A stretch of DNA of 63,636 nt, the filler included, from Lenisia limosa (taxonomy: Eukaryota; Protista; Breviatea): NCBI GenBank assembly GCA_001655205.1. It is 12 parts of 12 records of this genome, joined end to end, with 100 filler letters (N's around TTAATTAATTAA, not from the genome) between each part and the next. Parts side by side here need not be neighbours in the genome. Positions count along the whole stretch, not along the records: positions 1 to 22,477 come from LPNZ01005945.1; 11 more parts are not named here. One strand, given 5' to 3'. Under the pieces are notes generated by a model. The model was not told the DNA's origin. It made no database searches and saw only the letters and a program-made list of their open reading frames with translations. Positions within the stretch are counted from its first letter, which is position 1. Each line of letters starts with the position of its first letter. Below, piece after piece: positions 1-11,313 of this stretch. Position numbers and translations under genes: made by a program.

Positions 1-249
1 CAATGAGTGGAACAGTGCTAGTAAGGAGCGCCCTTGATTTAATTTATTTAATGGAGAGGCAGCCTCGGAAAGGAAAAGTAAACCGAATGCAGATCTACCC
101 TGCTCAATAAATGCACCCCAAGAGGCGTTATTGAGCGTAGGTGTTTCCGCAAGACCTCAAATACCTCAAATGGGCAGGGATGCACCAAATGCTACACTGA
201 GTTCGTCATTGTAAACTTTTCTCATCGTTTAAATAACCTCAAGAGCCTT

Positions 250-2650
250 CCTTCTGTTTATCGGATAGACACACGAAGGAAGAGTTACTGAGAAAGATTG
301 TAAGCTCCAGCTTGTTTCCCAAGTCACAAATCGCGATGCTTGCTGTCGTCTCGTTTCCGGTCAAGACTCCTCCAACCAGTCTCTTCATGAGAAGCTCGAT
401 ATGAATTCCAAGTTATGAATGATTTTGACAGTTTAGTTCTCTTTTTTGTATTGTTTTACAATGTTGTGTAAGATTACGTTCTCTTATCTTAATCTTCCAA
501 GAATCATGAGACATCGGGTAAACACTCTTGAAAGTGTTCTCTCCGGTGAACCTCATCAAGGGTGAGATCCTCCCAGCTACCAGAAATTATGTCCATATAT
601 GTATATTGTGCTTTTATTGAATCTCCCAAAAGCATCGATATTTATTCAAGTAATATATTACTTTATACATATCATATATTTTTTTATATATCATATACAT
701 ATATAGAGTATATCTGAGTAGATGTATTATATATCTCAAAAAAAAATATATATCATTTATCATATCATACAATCATCCATCATATACTAGTCTGATATAT
801 TGGAAACATGAAAACAATGCTCACTTTTCAGGTGGGGTGAAAAATGAACAAATGGGAAAAAGTCAAAGTTTCCATTAAGAATATTTCGAAATTCCGCAGA
901 CTTTAGAGTTGGCTCATCCCTTCACCGTAACGTAAGTAGAAGTGACATACCAAGGAATAACTCCAGTGAGCATTACAATTAAAACTATTCCACAAGACCA
1001 TATGTCTGCTTGAGGTCCAGAATATCGTTGATTTAAAACTTCACTAAAATTTGTGAGTACAAAAGAAAATAAAGTTGCTCAAAAAACAAAAAAATTATTG
1101 CGAAATAGTAAATAAAAACGTCTCAATATTGGAAAAGGATATAACAAAAATTCACAAGTAAAAGTCCAAGCATTTCGACGATACTTCTACTCCACTGGTT
1201 ATTGAGGTTTGTAACTGATACCGTGTTGTTGGTTCAGAATATTGATTATTTGAAACGTTGTAATCAACTCACGATTTTAGGTAAACGGAGTGTTGTGTGT
1301 TGTGTATGAAAGTATAAGAGATGAATTGTTTATTTATCTTGTTGAAATCCAATCACTTCCCATGTCTTATTCGAATACGATCATATCTTTTGCTGCACAC
1401 AGTTTTGCTTGGGACAGCTACTGTTCAGAGTTGTACGCTGAACAAATGGGACTGTCTGGGTTAAAACATCTGTTGAAATATTATCCACTACAAACCTTCT
1501 CTTCTTGTTGGCGGAGTTTGAGCTGCTATTTTCAACACCAAAGAAGGGGTCTTGTCCTCCGAACGGTCACTTGAGTGGGATCCGTCAATCTGGAAATATT
1601 AGATTGTGACATTTGACTGTGAAAAATTCATAATCAATTCAACCTTGTTTGTGCACTTTCCACCAATTCGGGAGGCGGTTGCCGACTACCTTGAGGTTGT
1701 CATCCCCAAGGGACTGACCATTACGCCGCCGCCATGATTGTGGTGGTCAGGGAGGCCTTGGCGTCGTCATTGTCCAGGAAGGGAATAACGTGGGTGTTGA
1801 GAGACCTAAAATTACTGGGTGTTGTACCCACAATTCTAAAATTCTATTATTGTGTAGTCCAGCAGTTCAAGGGGAATTTTTGAACAAGGGTAATGTACGA
1901 TTACATCAACAATGCAAAGGTAGATGAGAAGGAAAATACCCAAGTATTTCAACAACTACTAAAAAGTAGGGGGTTTCTGAGTTAAATTAAGCAGAATAAT
2001 TCAATTGTGAAGCAACTCGCCTGATATGGTGAGTTTGCCTTGTTGTTGAAAATTGTGAAGCGAAACCTTTCCAATCGTTAAGTGTTTATTTTTCTAGCTA
2101 GCCCAGTTTAAATGGTTACTCGGCAAGAGAGAGGAAGCTGGGGTGACTGCGAACAAGATCGGTCTGAGGCACCTTCTTGAGGAGGCTGGCAGTTGCATCA
2201 AAGCCGACGTCAGCGGCAGTGAGCTCACCCAAAAATGATGAGATGGCTACCTTAAACTTCAAGATTGATTTAATTCAGTTAAGGGAGCTTACGAAGATGT
2301 CAAAACGCTGGGGTGACAAGCTTGAGACCCACAAATGGGTTACTCAGTGAAGGTTTGGGAATACAATCAAGTGAACATCTTCAAGTGTAAGTTTTTATAG
2401 TTTTTATAGTTTTTTTTTCTTTCTTCCTTTTTCTGCTTTTTAAAGGTTAGAGATGGTTTTCCTCATTGGATCCTCTTACTGCCCTGCTCTCAGCCTTAAC
2501 ATTCAGAGAGTTTCTGAGGATGATCGACTGGAGCTTTTCAAGGATAAAAGATTTTGAATGAGAAATTGGGGTTTATCAACATTTCTTTCTGCCATTTGTG
2601 CAGCCGAAAGGTTGCCATTTTCTCTCTCTCTGAACAACGCAAAATGTGAC
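250..2650 (-). pseudogene. Degenerate multi-exon hypothetical gene
   Basis: Protein-like GC-richer segments on the minus strand (KVAISSFLGELTAADVGFDATASLLKKCLRP ~2250-2130; LNTHVIPFLDNDDAKASLTTTIMAAA* ~1800-1720; IELLMKRLVGGVLTGNETTASIAICDLGNKLE ~400-290) separated by AT-rich intron-like DNA; in-frame stops present; no family recognised. Confidence 0.35.
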
Positions 2651-2720
2651 TATTCTCTAAAACAAGTGGAGAACAATGATTCCCTCAGGTAAATAAATAT
2701 GCCAAATGTCATATTTTAAG
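2480..2720. repeat. Local segmental duplication, copy 1 (copy 2 at ~5365-5800)
   Basis: Shared blocks ctgctctcagccttaacattcagagag...gactggagcttttcaaggat and atttgtgcagccgaaagg.tgccattttct...tgactattctctaaaacaa at both loci. Confidence 0.8.
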
Positions 2721-3200
2721 TTCCTGCGAGTAAAAAAAATGGTAAAGTCGAAAAACGTCCTGTTTATATGACATTTACCATATTCCGGCGTCCCTTATTG
2801 CTCCCCCTGTCCCCCTTGTCCCATAAAGGATCATGATATTAACATAAAATATGATATTTGTTTAAAAATATGGTCGTTTTGACGAATTTCCCGAAAAATA
2901 TGACATTTCCAAATTCCCTAGGGTATATAATAGCTCATATCCCCTCGACGCAGACCCTCGGAGATATGGCATAACATACATATACCCTTGGGAAAATGAG
3001 AAAGTCATATTTTGTCGTTCTGATCGAACTATTAGAAGCATAAAGCATCATTTACGGGACAAAGGGGATAAAGGGGAGTAGAAAGGGTGGGGGATATGGG
3101 GTGACACGTCATCGGAATGTCATATAGTATATGATAATTTATTTCATATAAAATATGAGATTTGTCATATAATTATGACATTTGCCATATTTTTCTCTTC
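2690..3200. mobile_element. Foldback-like element with long imperfect inverted arms rich in ATATGACAT motifs
   Basis: aatatgccaaatgtcatat (2696-2714) is the inverted match of ttatgacatttgccatatt (3173-3191); inner C-rich block ~2790-2830 is inverted to G-rich block ~3050-3110; about ten copies of the (A)TATGACAT motif or its reverse complement. Confidence 0.6.
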
Positions 3201-3899
3201 TCTAAATAAGCGTTTCCCTTGTGTTTTCTCAAATATGACAGTAGGAGGAAGCACACCTTCGACAGATCAGGAAGAAACTGATCACCCCAAAACTTCTTGA
3301 AAACTGTTGATAAGAAAGCTAGCGTCTAAGCAGTCTTCGACTGCAAGTTCCCAGCATTCAGCAGTAAGAGAAGAAATCCTTCGTTTTGACCTGAATTTTG
3401 TAGAAAGAAATGTTTTTTATATGACAAAATTTGACCTTTTTGCTTGTTATGCCATATCCACTCGTGGATATGGCGGAGTGAATTTTTTTAATTGATTATT
3501 TGCGGATGTTCCTCGCTGCGACGAGTAGATATGAGCAATCATACACAAGGTGAATGATTGGAAACGTCATTTTTTACAGTGATTTTATCATATTGGCTCA
3601 AAATCGTCTTACAAAAGAAAGTCCTTACACTTTAAAAGGGGAAAGGTAACAGAGAGAGACTAGGGGAATGATGCCCTAGCCGGTTTATCAGAACATGATA
3701 TTCTACATTTTCACTTGATTTGCCTCTTTTATATGTATATATATATGATATATGAAAGCTCATACTCTTCAAAAAGCTCTAGTTTGCTGTTGTTGAATCT
3801 GATTAAAGAAAGCGAAAAAACTATTTAAATATAAAGAATACCTAGGGGTACCACTGGGTTCCACTAAGTAAACTGGGTGACATCAGTTCAGTTCATTTT

Positions 3900-5720
3900 C
3901 AATATTTAGAAATAATTGTTTTTGTTTGGAGCCTTTTTTTGCTTCTTCTCTTTTTGGCTATTAGAAGCTTTATAGTAAGCACCTCTGCCATAAACGAGAA
4001 TTGAAGGATTTTGGAAGTTGATCATTAAATTGTTGAAGGTTTGTTACTCTATTAGGTTGCTTACTGACTTAAATGAGAAGTGGTTCGGCTAACTTCCGAC
4101 ACGATGAATGTTGTCTTCTCTACTCCCTGCGCAAGCTGCTGAGAAACTCCCTAAGCTACATTTAAGTCTACTTAAAGCGCAATCGAAAGCTTTGGAAAGC
4201 TAATCAACAAACTGATAAATGTTGGCCTCAACTCTTTAAGAGTACAGGTTTTCTTCGCGCAATAAACGGCTTCCCAGTTTTGAATGGATGAAATGTGTGT
4301 TTTTTTTCGGGGGTCTACTTTTCTCTTCTTCTTTCTGCCCCCTACTCTCACTTTGCCTTTGTGATGGTTGATTAGAGGATTCGAAAAACTTTGCCTGAAC
4401 TTTCAAGCAGTCTCTGGGCCTCGCTGTTTCATTTTTGATCTGATCCCTCAACTGATCTTTATCTACTGGGTCCTCTGCTTCTTTTGCTGGGGATTTTGAG
4501 GCCTTCTATGATGTTATTTCGTTGTTTTATTTACATTCCCCAAAGCCAATCACTCTTGTTTCCTTTTTTGGTAATCTTTTGGAATGATTATCAGTTGAAA
4601 TTACCAAGCTAACTTCGTGATGCTTGGAAGTTGTGTTGCCAACTCCGCTCTAAAGGGCCTCTTAGTCGATATAATGATAGAAGAATAAGTTTGAACGCAA
4701 GTTGAAGAAGATTAGTATTCGAAGACAACTTCCTGAGGTTGGTTACCAAGTGTTCAATTCTTTTTAACTCAAATAGGTTGCTTACATCGACAAAAGATGA
4801 CTCTAAGCGTCAGATTTCAAGAACTTTTCGTGATCTTTGGGGACGCTCTCTAAAGTTGCAGGGGTTTTTGCTATCATTACGCTCAATTGAGCAATAAAGT
4901 GTACAAATAAATCAGCTGATATTAAGATTTTGCTGTGATTAATTTATGCCTCCTTCTGCTCCTCTCTTCCTTCTTTTTGGGCGTATCTTTTGGCTTAGAT
5001 AAAGTTTTGATGAGGAAATTATCGTTTTCAGGATCTTCCCGTAAGGTCTCTCTCAATGGCTGAACGATCTCCTTAGACCTGTCTGCTTTCTGCCTTCTTA
5101 AGGAACTTCTTGGGGATGGATTGTTATTGGTAAATGTGTCTAAAATGATTTTTTTTGATTTGCTGTGTGGTGTAACTCTGTCTACCAAATGCATTTCTGA
5201 ACTCAAATTATTACGTATTTCCAATTATTGTTTATGTATCCTTGCCCATATGGTTCAAACTGTCCCTTCTTTTTGACCTTTTTAGAGTGGAAATCGTTTT
5301 AGAAGACAGTTCAAGATGATGTATTCTTTTCTATTGATCTTCTTTTTGGTTGGTTGAAAACCCCTGCTCTCAGCCTTAACATTCAGAGAGCTTCTTTTGA
5401 GGATGATTGACTGGAGCTTTTCAAGGATCTTTTCAAGGGTAATCTAAAAGTTGCTGGGTTCCTCCTTTACTCTTCTCTTCTTACAACATACAAAAATAAA
5501 CAATTAATCATGATTTCAGGAGTTCCGTTGCTTTCAACTTCCTCCTCAACTGATCGATCACGCTACAGACCTTTTCTTTGGGGAGCATCATCAATGGGGT
5601 TTTAGTGAATTGAAGTGTTTTTTGAACGTTTTTTTGTGTCGATTTTATATGCGAAATTTGTGCAGCCGAAAGGCTGCCATTTTCTTCTGTCTGTCTGAAC
5701 AACGCAAAAAATGACTATTC
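3900..5720 (-). pseudogene. Decayed, apparently intron-poor Lys/Glu-rich coding remnant
   Basis: ORF-track pieces 5508-5702, 4922-5224 and 4236-4451 lie on one strand and continue through stops and frameshifts (REENLYS*RVEANIYQFVD*LSKAFDCAL). Confidence 0.35.
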
Positions 5721-5892
5721 TCTAAAACAAATGGGCAACAATGAGTCAAAATATGTCATATATCCTCTTCCCTCGGGTAAATAAATACGATAAATGTCAT
5801 ATTTTTTTATCATATTCATCATATGCATAAATATGACATTCCGATGACGTCTCACCCCATATCCCCCACCCTTCTACCCCCTTTATCCCGAA
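5365..5892. repeat. Local segmental duplication, copy 2, ending in a truncated foldback arm (5770-5892)
   Basis: Matches 2480-2720; atatgacattccgatgacgtctcaccccatatcccccacccttcta is the reverse complement of ~3075-3125. Confidence 0.75.
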
Positions 5893-7359
5893 GGTATATA
5901 TATACATGTATAGAATTCACAGTAGAAAAAAAAGAGGTTCCAAAAATTCCGATGTGTACGAGATGAGAACTCTGGCCGAAGCAGTTCACAGCATCACGTT
6001 TATCAAAAAAAATAGCTTTACCATAACTTATATTATCTATTATTATGTTATGTTAAATTAAAAAAAGCCGTTCCAAAAACAAGACCCACAAACGGGGCAA
6101 CATATGGCATCGTTCCACATGGGGTTCTCAGTGCCCTAGGCTTTCCATTTGTGATAAATAATGTTGCAAGTCCGAAATCAGAGAGCTAAATAATAATATA
6201 AATTCAACTTTCAAATGGCCATTTCTATCTAAAAGAATATTTTCAGGCTTCTAAAAAATAAGTTGCAAAAGGCAGTAATATTTAAACTGAATATCTGGGG
6301 GCAGGGAAGGCCGTGTTCAAAGATATCCTAGGTATCTTAAGATGTTGCATTCGAAGTGTAATTTTCCATGAGTTCAAATTAAATTTCGGAAGTGGCTCGA
6401 ATGCCCAAGGCTCGGTAATTCTTAAGATTTGGCTGGGTTTAAGACCCGATTTTGGTGACTTTGGATTCATAGGATTCTAACACAAACGTTCCCCCTTCCT
6501 CACTTCTGTTTCCCTCTTCTTTGCTTCTCAATGATTTCAATGAATATTATTTAGTGGTTCTCAACTGTTTCTGTATTTGATTTTCCTACTGTTGTTGAAC
6601 TATTGCTTTCGATGGGACCCTCCTGTTGCTGTAATGTAAAAAGTACGTACTCTTTTGCTCTACTCAATTAGAGAAAGAGGAACTACTAATAAAGACCGTA
6701 AAATATGTTATTAAAAATATATTGGGGTACTAACTTAAGTTTGTACTTCGAACAGAACTGCTTAGTTCAAACTTATGTCAACTTGGCACTTCCAACGCGG
6801 CCTGAAAGAACCCAGAAAAATTTCAACTACGTTTGTATTTGTCAAAAATTTTGAACCTCTAAACAGTGGCCCTGCGTTGGACAGTTTTAATCAACAATTT
6901 TCTTCTTCAGAAGGCCTCTCATGATTGGGTCTTGTCACCAAGACCAAAGATCTTGGTTTAGAGTCTAAAATATAAATAAAATCTCACCAAAGTCGAAATA
7001 ATTTACAAAGAAAACAGAAAACAATGAACGGACAGTCAACATACCCGATAATCTGAAGTCCATGGAAGCTGCACGCACCGACCCGAGGGCCAGTGGTTTC
7101 GAGGGATGAAGACATGACAGGACTGAAGTCATAACTACCGAAGTCAAGGACCACTCGAGATTTGTCAGCATAGCTAAACAGGTAAAATCTGTGAATAATA
7201 ATTATATTAAAATTCGAAAAAACAACAAAACAATATCAAACCTTTTTCAAACCGGCGACAACGAACACTGACTTAGGAGTTGTGTCATCAGCCCCTAACA
7301 TACTCAAAGCAGTCAAGGGTGTTGTCCCATTCTAAAATCGGATTGTTTTTGTGATCCTG

Positions 7360-7890
7360 AGCAGCAAATAACAAAACCACAACCAAAGCCCTTGCCTGTT
7401 ATCGAACCCTGAACACGGCTGTTGACCGGCACTTCGGAAGCATGGGCGGCGTTGGCATTGTAGGCAAGGGTTTAACCTTTTGTACATTTCATTGTTGTTC
7501 TTGCCTTCCCATCCTTACTATCACAGGACCTCATCAACATGTTTGGCAGGAGCAGGTTCCCCTATGTGGTTTGCTCCATCACAACGTGGGACTTTGTCGA
7601 GTTCATCGAAGGCCGCCCCCCGTCTCACTTGTTTATTGAAGCTCTTGTTGACCGTCTCTCTCAAAAACTTGTCCGTGCCACCAACTGCTTGCTGTGCATC
7701 GGCTTGACGGAAGTTCCACCGAGGTTAGTCTGCAACAATACTGGTTCTTGTCGTTTTTCCTTTTATTAATTGCCACAGCTCCATCCCTTCACAACTCGGC
7801 AACAGCTTCACGTTTTTGTTGATACCAAAGACCCCAAGAACCACGATGTTGTCTGGCTGGCCAAGAAGAAGTCCTGTACCCATATTGAGG
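7360..7890 (+). CDS. Hypothetical multi-exon protein (partial model)
   Basis: Exon-like segments AANNKTTTKALACYRTLNTAVDRHFG, DLINMFGRSRFPYVVCSITTWDFVEFIEGRPPSHLFIEALVDRL and LHVFVDTKDPKNHDVVWLAKK, with GT..AG flanks. Confidence 0.4.
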
Positions 7891-8961
7891 TTAGCTGGTT
7901 TTCTTTTCGTTTTCAGAGAGTAATATAATGCTCCTGAATTTGGACCTAGTAAACTACACACATTCACTTGACCTTCTCAGATTCGCCACCACTCGCCCAA
8001 TGAAGCCGACATTGCCGACATCCAATTTGCTGGCAGTTTGCGGGGGACTAATGACCGACCAATTTCACAACTAACATTTCAGCGCTACAAGTACAACAAC
8101 AAGTCGACGAACAGAGGATAAAAACTGGAGTTACCCAAAAAATAAAACTGATCACACAAAAAGAGAACGAGATGCACAATGACCGTCCAACCACAAACAC
8201 AACACAACACTACCTTTATTAGGAACGCCAGACACATAATGAGCCAATGTACTCAATTAACTAAAAAGTGAACTCAATGAAGTCACTAAGAAAGAGAAGC
8301 ACACCTTTGAAAAAGAGCAACACAACGAACCACAACAGATAACTTATCATTTTCACAGAATTTTTATCGTGGGCATAATGGAATACAATCCATCAAACCT
8401 CACCTTACATCACTTCTGTTTTGAGGGCCCAAGCCCCAATTGTAGCATCCTCATGCGAGCAGCGTTGTGACCTCCAGTCCAACATCACAGCGCGAGTAGA
8501 TAAGGTTCTGTTGGTATCGAAGAAGCTATAAAGTGAGTAGTATATGACAAAAAAACTGTTTAATACATAAAATCGACACATTGACATATTGATTACTGGT
8601 GGTAAATATCAGAGTTTCACTCAGTTCCAAATAAGGAGGCAATTATCGAAAAATTGTTGAGAAATATCGATATAATGTCAAACCAAGGAATGGAGATGTG
8701 ATATTTGGGGGTGTACTGTATGTTCAAAGAGGGAAGCCATTCTTACAATTAAGTTAAGCATCTTATTCAAGTTCGTGTCACGTGCGTTGGCAAACAACCG
8801 AGCTTTATCAATTGTCATCCATGGCTGTAATATAAGAAATTGACTTGCACTAAAAAGCACATGAGAAGTTGTGAAGGGCTTAGTGATAAATCCGCCTCCA
8901 GGGTAGGCTTGATATTCTTGCCAAACCGGCGTACAGGGAAATTGTTTCAAGGCGGTTCACT

Positions 8962-9322
8962 CATGGGGAAGTAGAGAAGGGGCTGACAACCTGACTATTC
9001 AGAGCTGCAGCCCTACTATTTACCCATCTCTAAGTCAAGGGAAAAGACATCCATTTTAGAGAGAAAAGACCAACTTTTGCTCACTTTTGCCCTCTTTTTG
9101 TCTGTTTTCTTGGTTCACCTTTTAGCAGTTTAAGACACAGTTCTTGAGCTTTTGAAGGTCAGAGTACACCAGTCGGCTTCCCTAGGTGACACCGCGACAC
9201 TTTCTTATCCGTATTTACAGCTCTAGTTGAGCTCTTGAATACCTTATTATATATACATTAACTTCAAATCGCGAACCTAGCTCTGAAAAAGGTCAGCCCC
9301 AGATCTCCTCTACTACTCCATG
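8962..9322. repeat. Imperfect ~45-bp inverted repeat pair (8962-9006 / 9279-9322)
   Basis: catggggaagtagagaaggggctgac...ttcagagct versus the reverse complement of agctctgaaaaaggtcagccccagatctcctctactactccatg. Confidence 0.5.
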
Positions 9323-10812
9323 GCGGTAAAATAAGATCAGGGATCGGGGTCCGACCATCATCCAAGCTAAGTATCTGTTCATACATTTCCAATTCTCAAA
9401 AAAAATATATATACTACATGTACTATATGATAAGTACATCATATTATGTATTTTTACATTATTGAATTTTGTTACATCAATAGCCACGCGACTCTGAGTG
9501 ACCACTTTGCCGCTTGTGCTTCTTTAAATGAAATTTATCGGCTTCAAAAGAGTATTTGTTCTTCTCCAATTTTTCTCAACAAAAGCGTCTTCTAGTTGCT
9601 TCCCCATCCCTGAAAGATCAAATCTGTCATATGTTCCGTGAAACCACCTTCAATCCTACAATGAGTGTCATAAACATTAAGTAAAAGTTGTAAGAGAAAT
9701 TTATAGTTGCATTTGCCTACCTTTTATCATCTTTCTTCCACTCTACAATCGCTGGACTTTCTCCTGATCAATTATACGTTCTTCACTTGTTAAAGAATCA
9801 TTTGCAAGGCAAGGAATTGAAAACTCATTAACAAACTCTAGCCAACACAAAGCGGGTAACATATAAGCTTAGATTGTTGGTCGAACACAGGTGGATAAAA
9901 ACTTTAGTATCTACTAAAGCTAAACTAAAAAAAAAGTATAGATTTAAGGTAGATGAGAAGTTCGGAGTGTCATATTTGAAAATTGAGTTTGAGTCCAACT
10001 CTGAAGACCATGACCTTTCTGAAACCAGTTGTTTGTCTTGAGTGTTAGTTTTGATGCTACTTATGCCACATCACTACTCTGTTCACCTCGCTACATTTTT
10101 TCACACTTCTTAACAGTGATACTATGCGTTTTTAATAGCATTTCACTCGTATTGTTCAAAATATATTATATCATATATGCCCCCGCCGGTAGATCATTAC
10201 GATAGCGGCCTTCTTTCACTGTGGTACAAAACGGTGATTGAAGTAATCCAATATCTCTTATAAGCATGATGATGTGGATGGCTTTGGTCGGCGCAACCCG
10301 GGTTCGATTCTCGCACGAGTCGATTTTTCAAAAATTCGACCAGAGAATTGGAACCTTCCTCAAAAGCAAAAAAATGAAAAAGTGAAAGATTCAACAGAAC
10401 GAGATTTTGACATCATTAAACTAGACCGTATGATGAATCCCGGTCAATCGTGGCGCAAAAAGAAAAAGGAAAAAAAATTGCACCATTCGTGACATGTGAT
10501 TTTAAAGGACATGTGATTTTAAAGGATGTGTGAAAAAAAATGTATTGCTCTTTTTTACTAAAATTTGACGTAGTGATTGTTCATTATGTTATTTCCACTG
10601 TTTCTCTCTTTGGCCAACATCTCCCATATTTAGTTCCCGAAAGAGGAAAAGGGTCTTGAACAACCATTTGTTCCCAGATATCAAGATATCAAAGAAAAAA
10701 TGAAATAGGAAGAATATGAACGATGTTCATTGTTTTTCGAGAGTTCAGGATCGTCCAACTGATAAGAGACGAGTCTGATCGCACGTTTATGGGACAGTTA
10801 TGGGATCTGATG

Positions 10813-11313
10813 CTCAAGCTTTAGTAACTAAAAACCACCCTACAATATCTCTGTGACAAACTCCCCTGGAATGAATATACTCTACAGCTCGAACTGAAAT
10901 TACAACAATTAATAAACCAAGCTGAACAAAATAAAAATGCGCCAAGCTCTCATTTATCCCAACATCAGGTTCATGTGAAAGAAAAAGAAAACCAATCCTA
11001 TCAAACAACTCCCCGCCTTCAGCAAATTCTACTACTAAAACAGATCCAATGCTGCTTTTCTCAACTTCAATTAATCTAATCACATTCTTATGTAAAAGCC
11101 GTTCCATTATTTGAGCATAAGAGTAACAAACAATATAAACTTCTTTCATAAAAAGTCTTCCACTTTCATGAGTTGCCAATATCTTAACTGCAACTTTGAC
11201 AAAAGTCTCACAATGAACTCCAAGCTTCACCAACAATCAAAAACAAAAACAACTTTTCCATAGGACCCTTGTCCCAAAGTTTCTTTGAGAATGTACTTTT
11301 CAAGAATACCCAT
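10813..11313 (-). pseudogene. chk1: Chk1-like Ser/Thr kinase N-lobe fragment, truncated after the HRD loop
   Basis: Spliced: MGILEKYILKETLGQGSYGKVKLGVHCETFVKVAVK...KEAQIMERLLHKNVIRL...[61 protein letters not shown] is the Chk1 signature; no DFG follows. Confidence 0.8.

Noticed and set aside
10285-10325. tRNA-like 3' half (cccgggttcgattctcgcacgagtc)
   Set aside because: Only a B-box/T-arm-like motif; no D-arm or acceptor stem could be folded. tRNAscan-SE would settle it.
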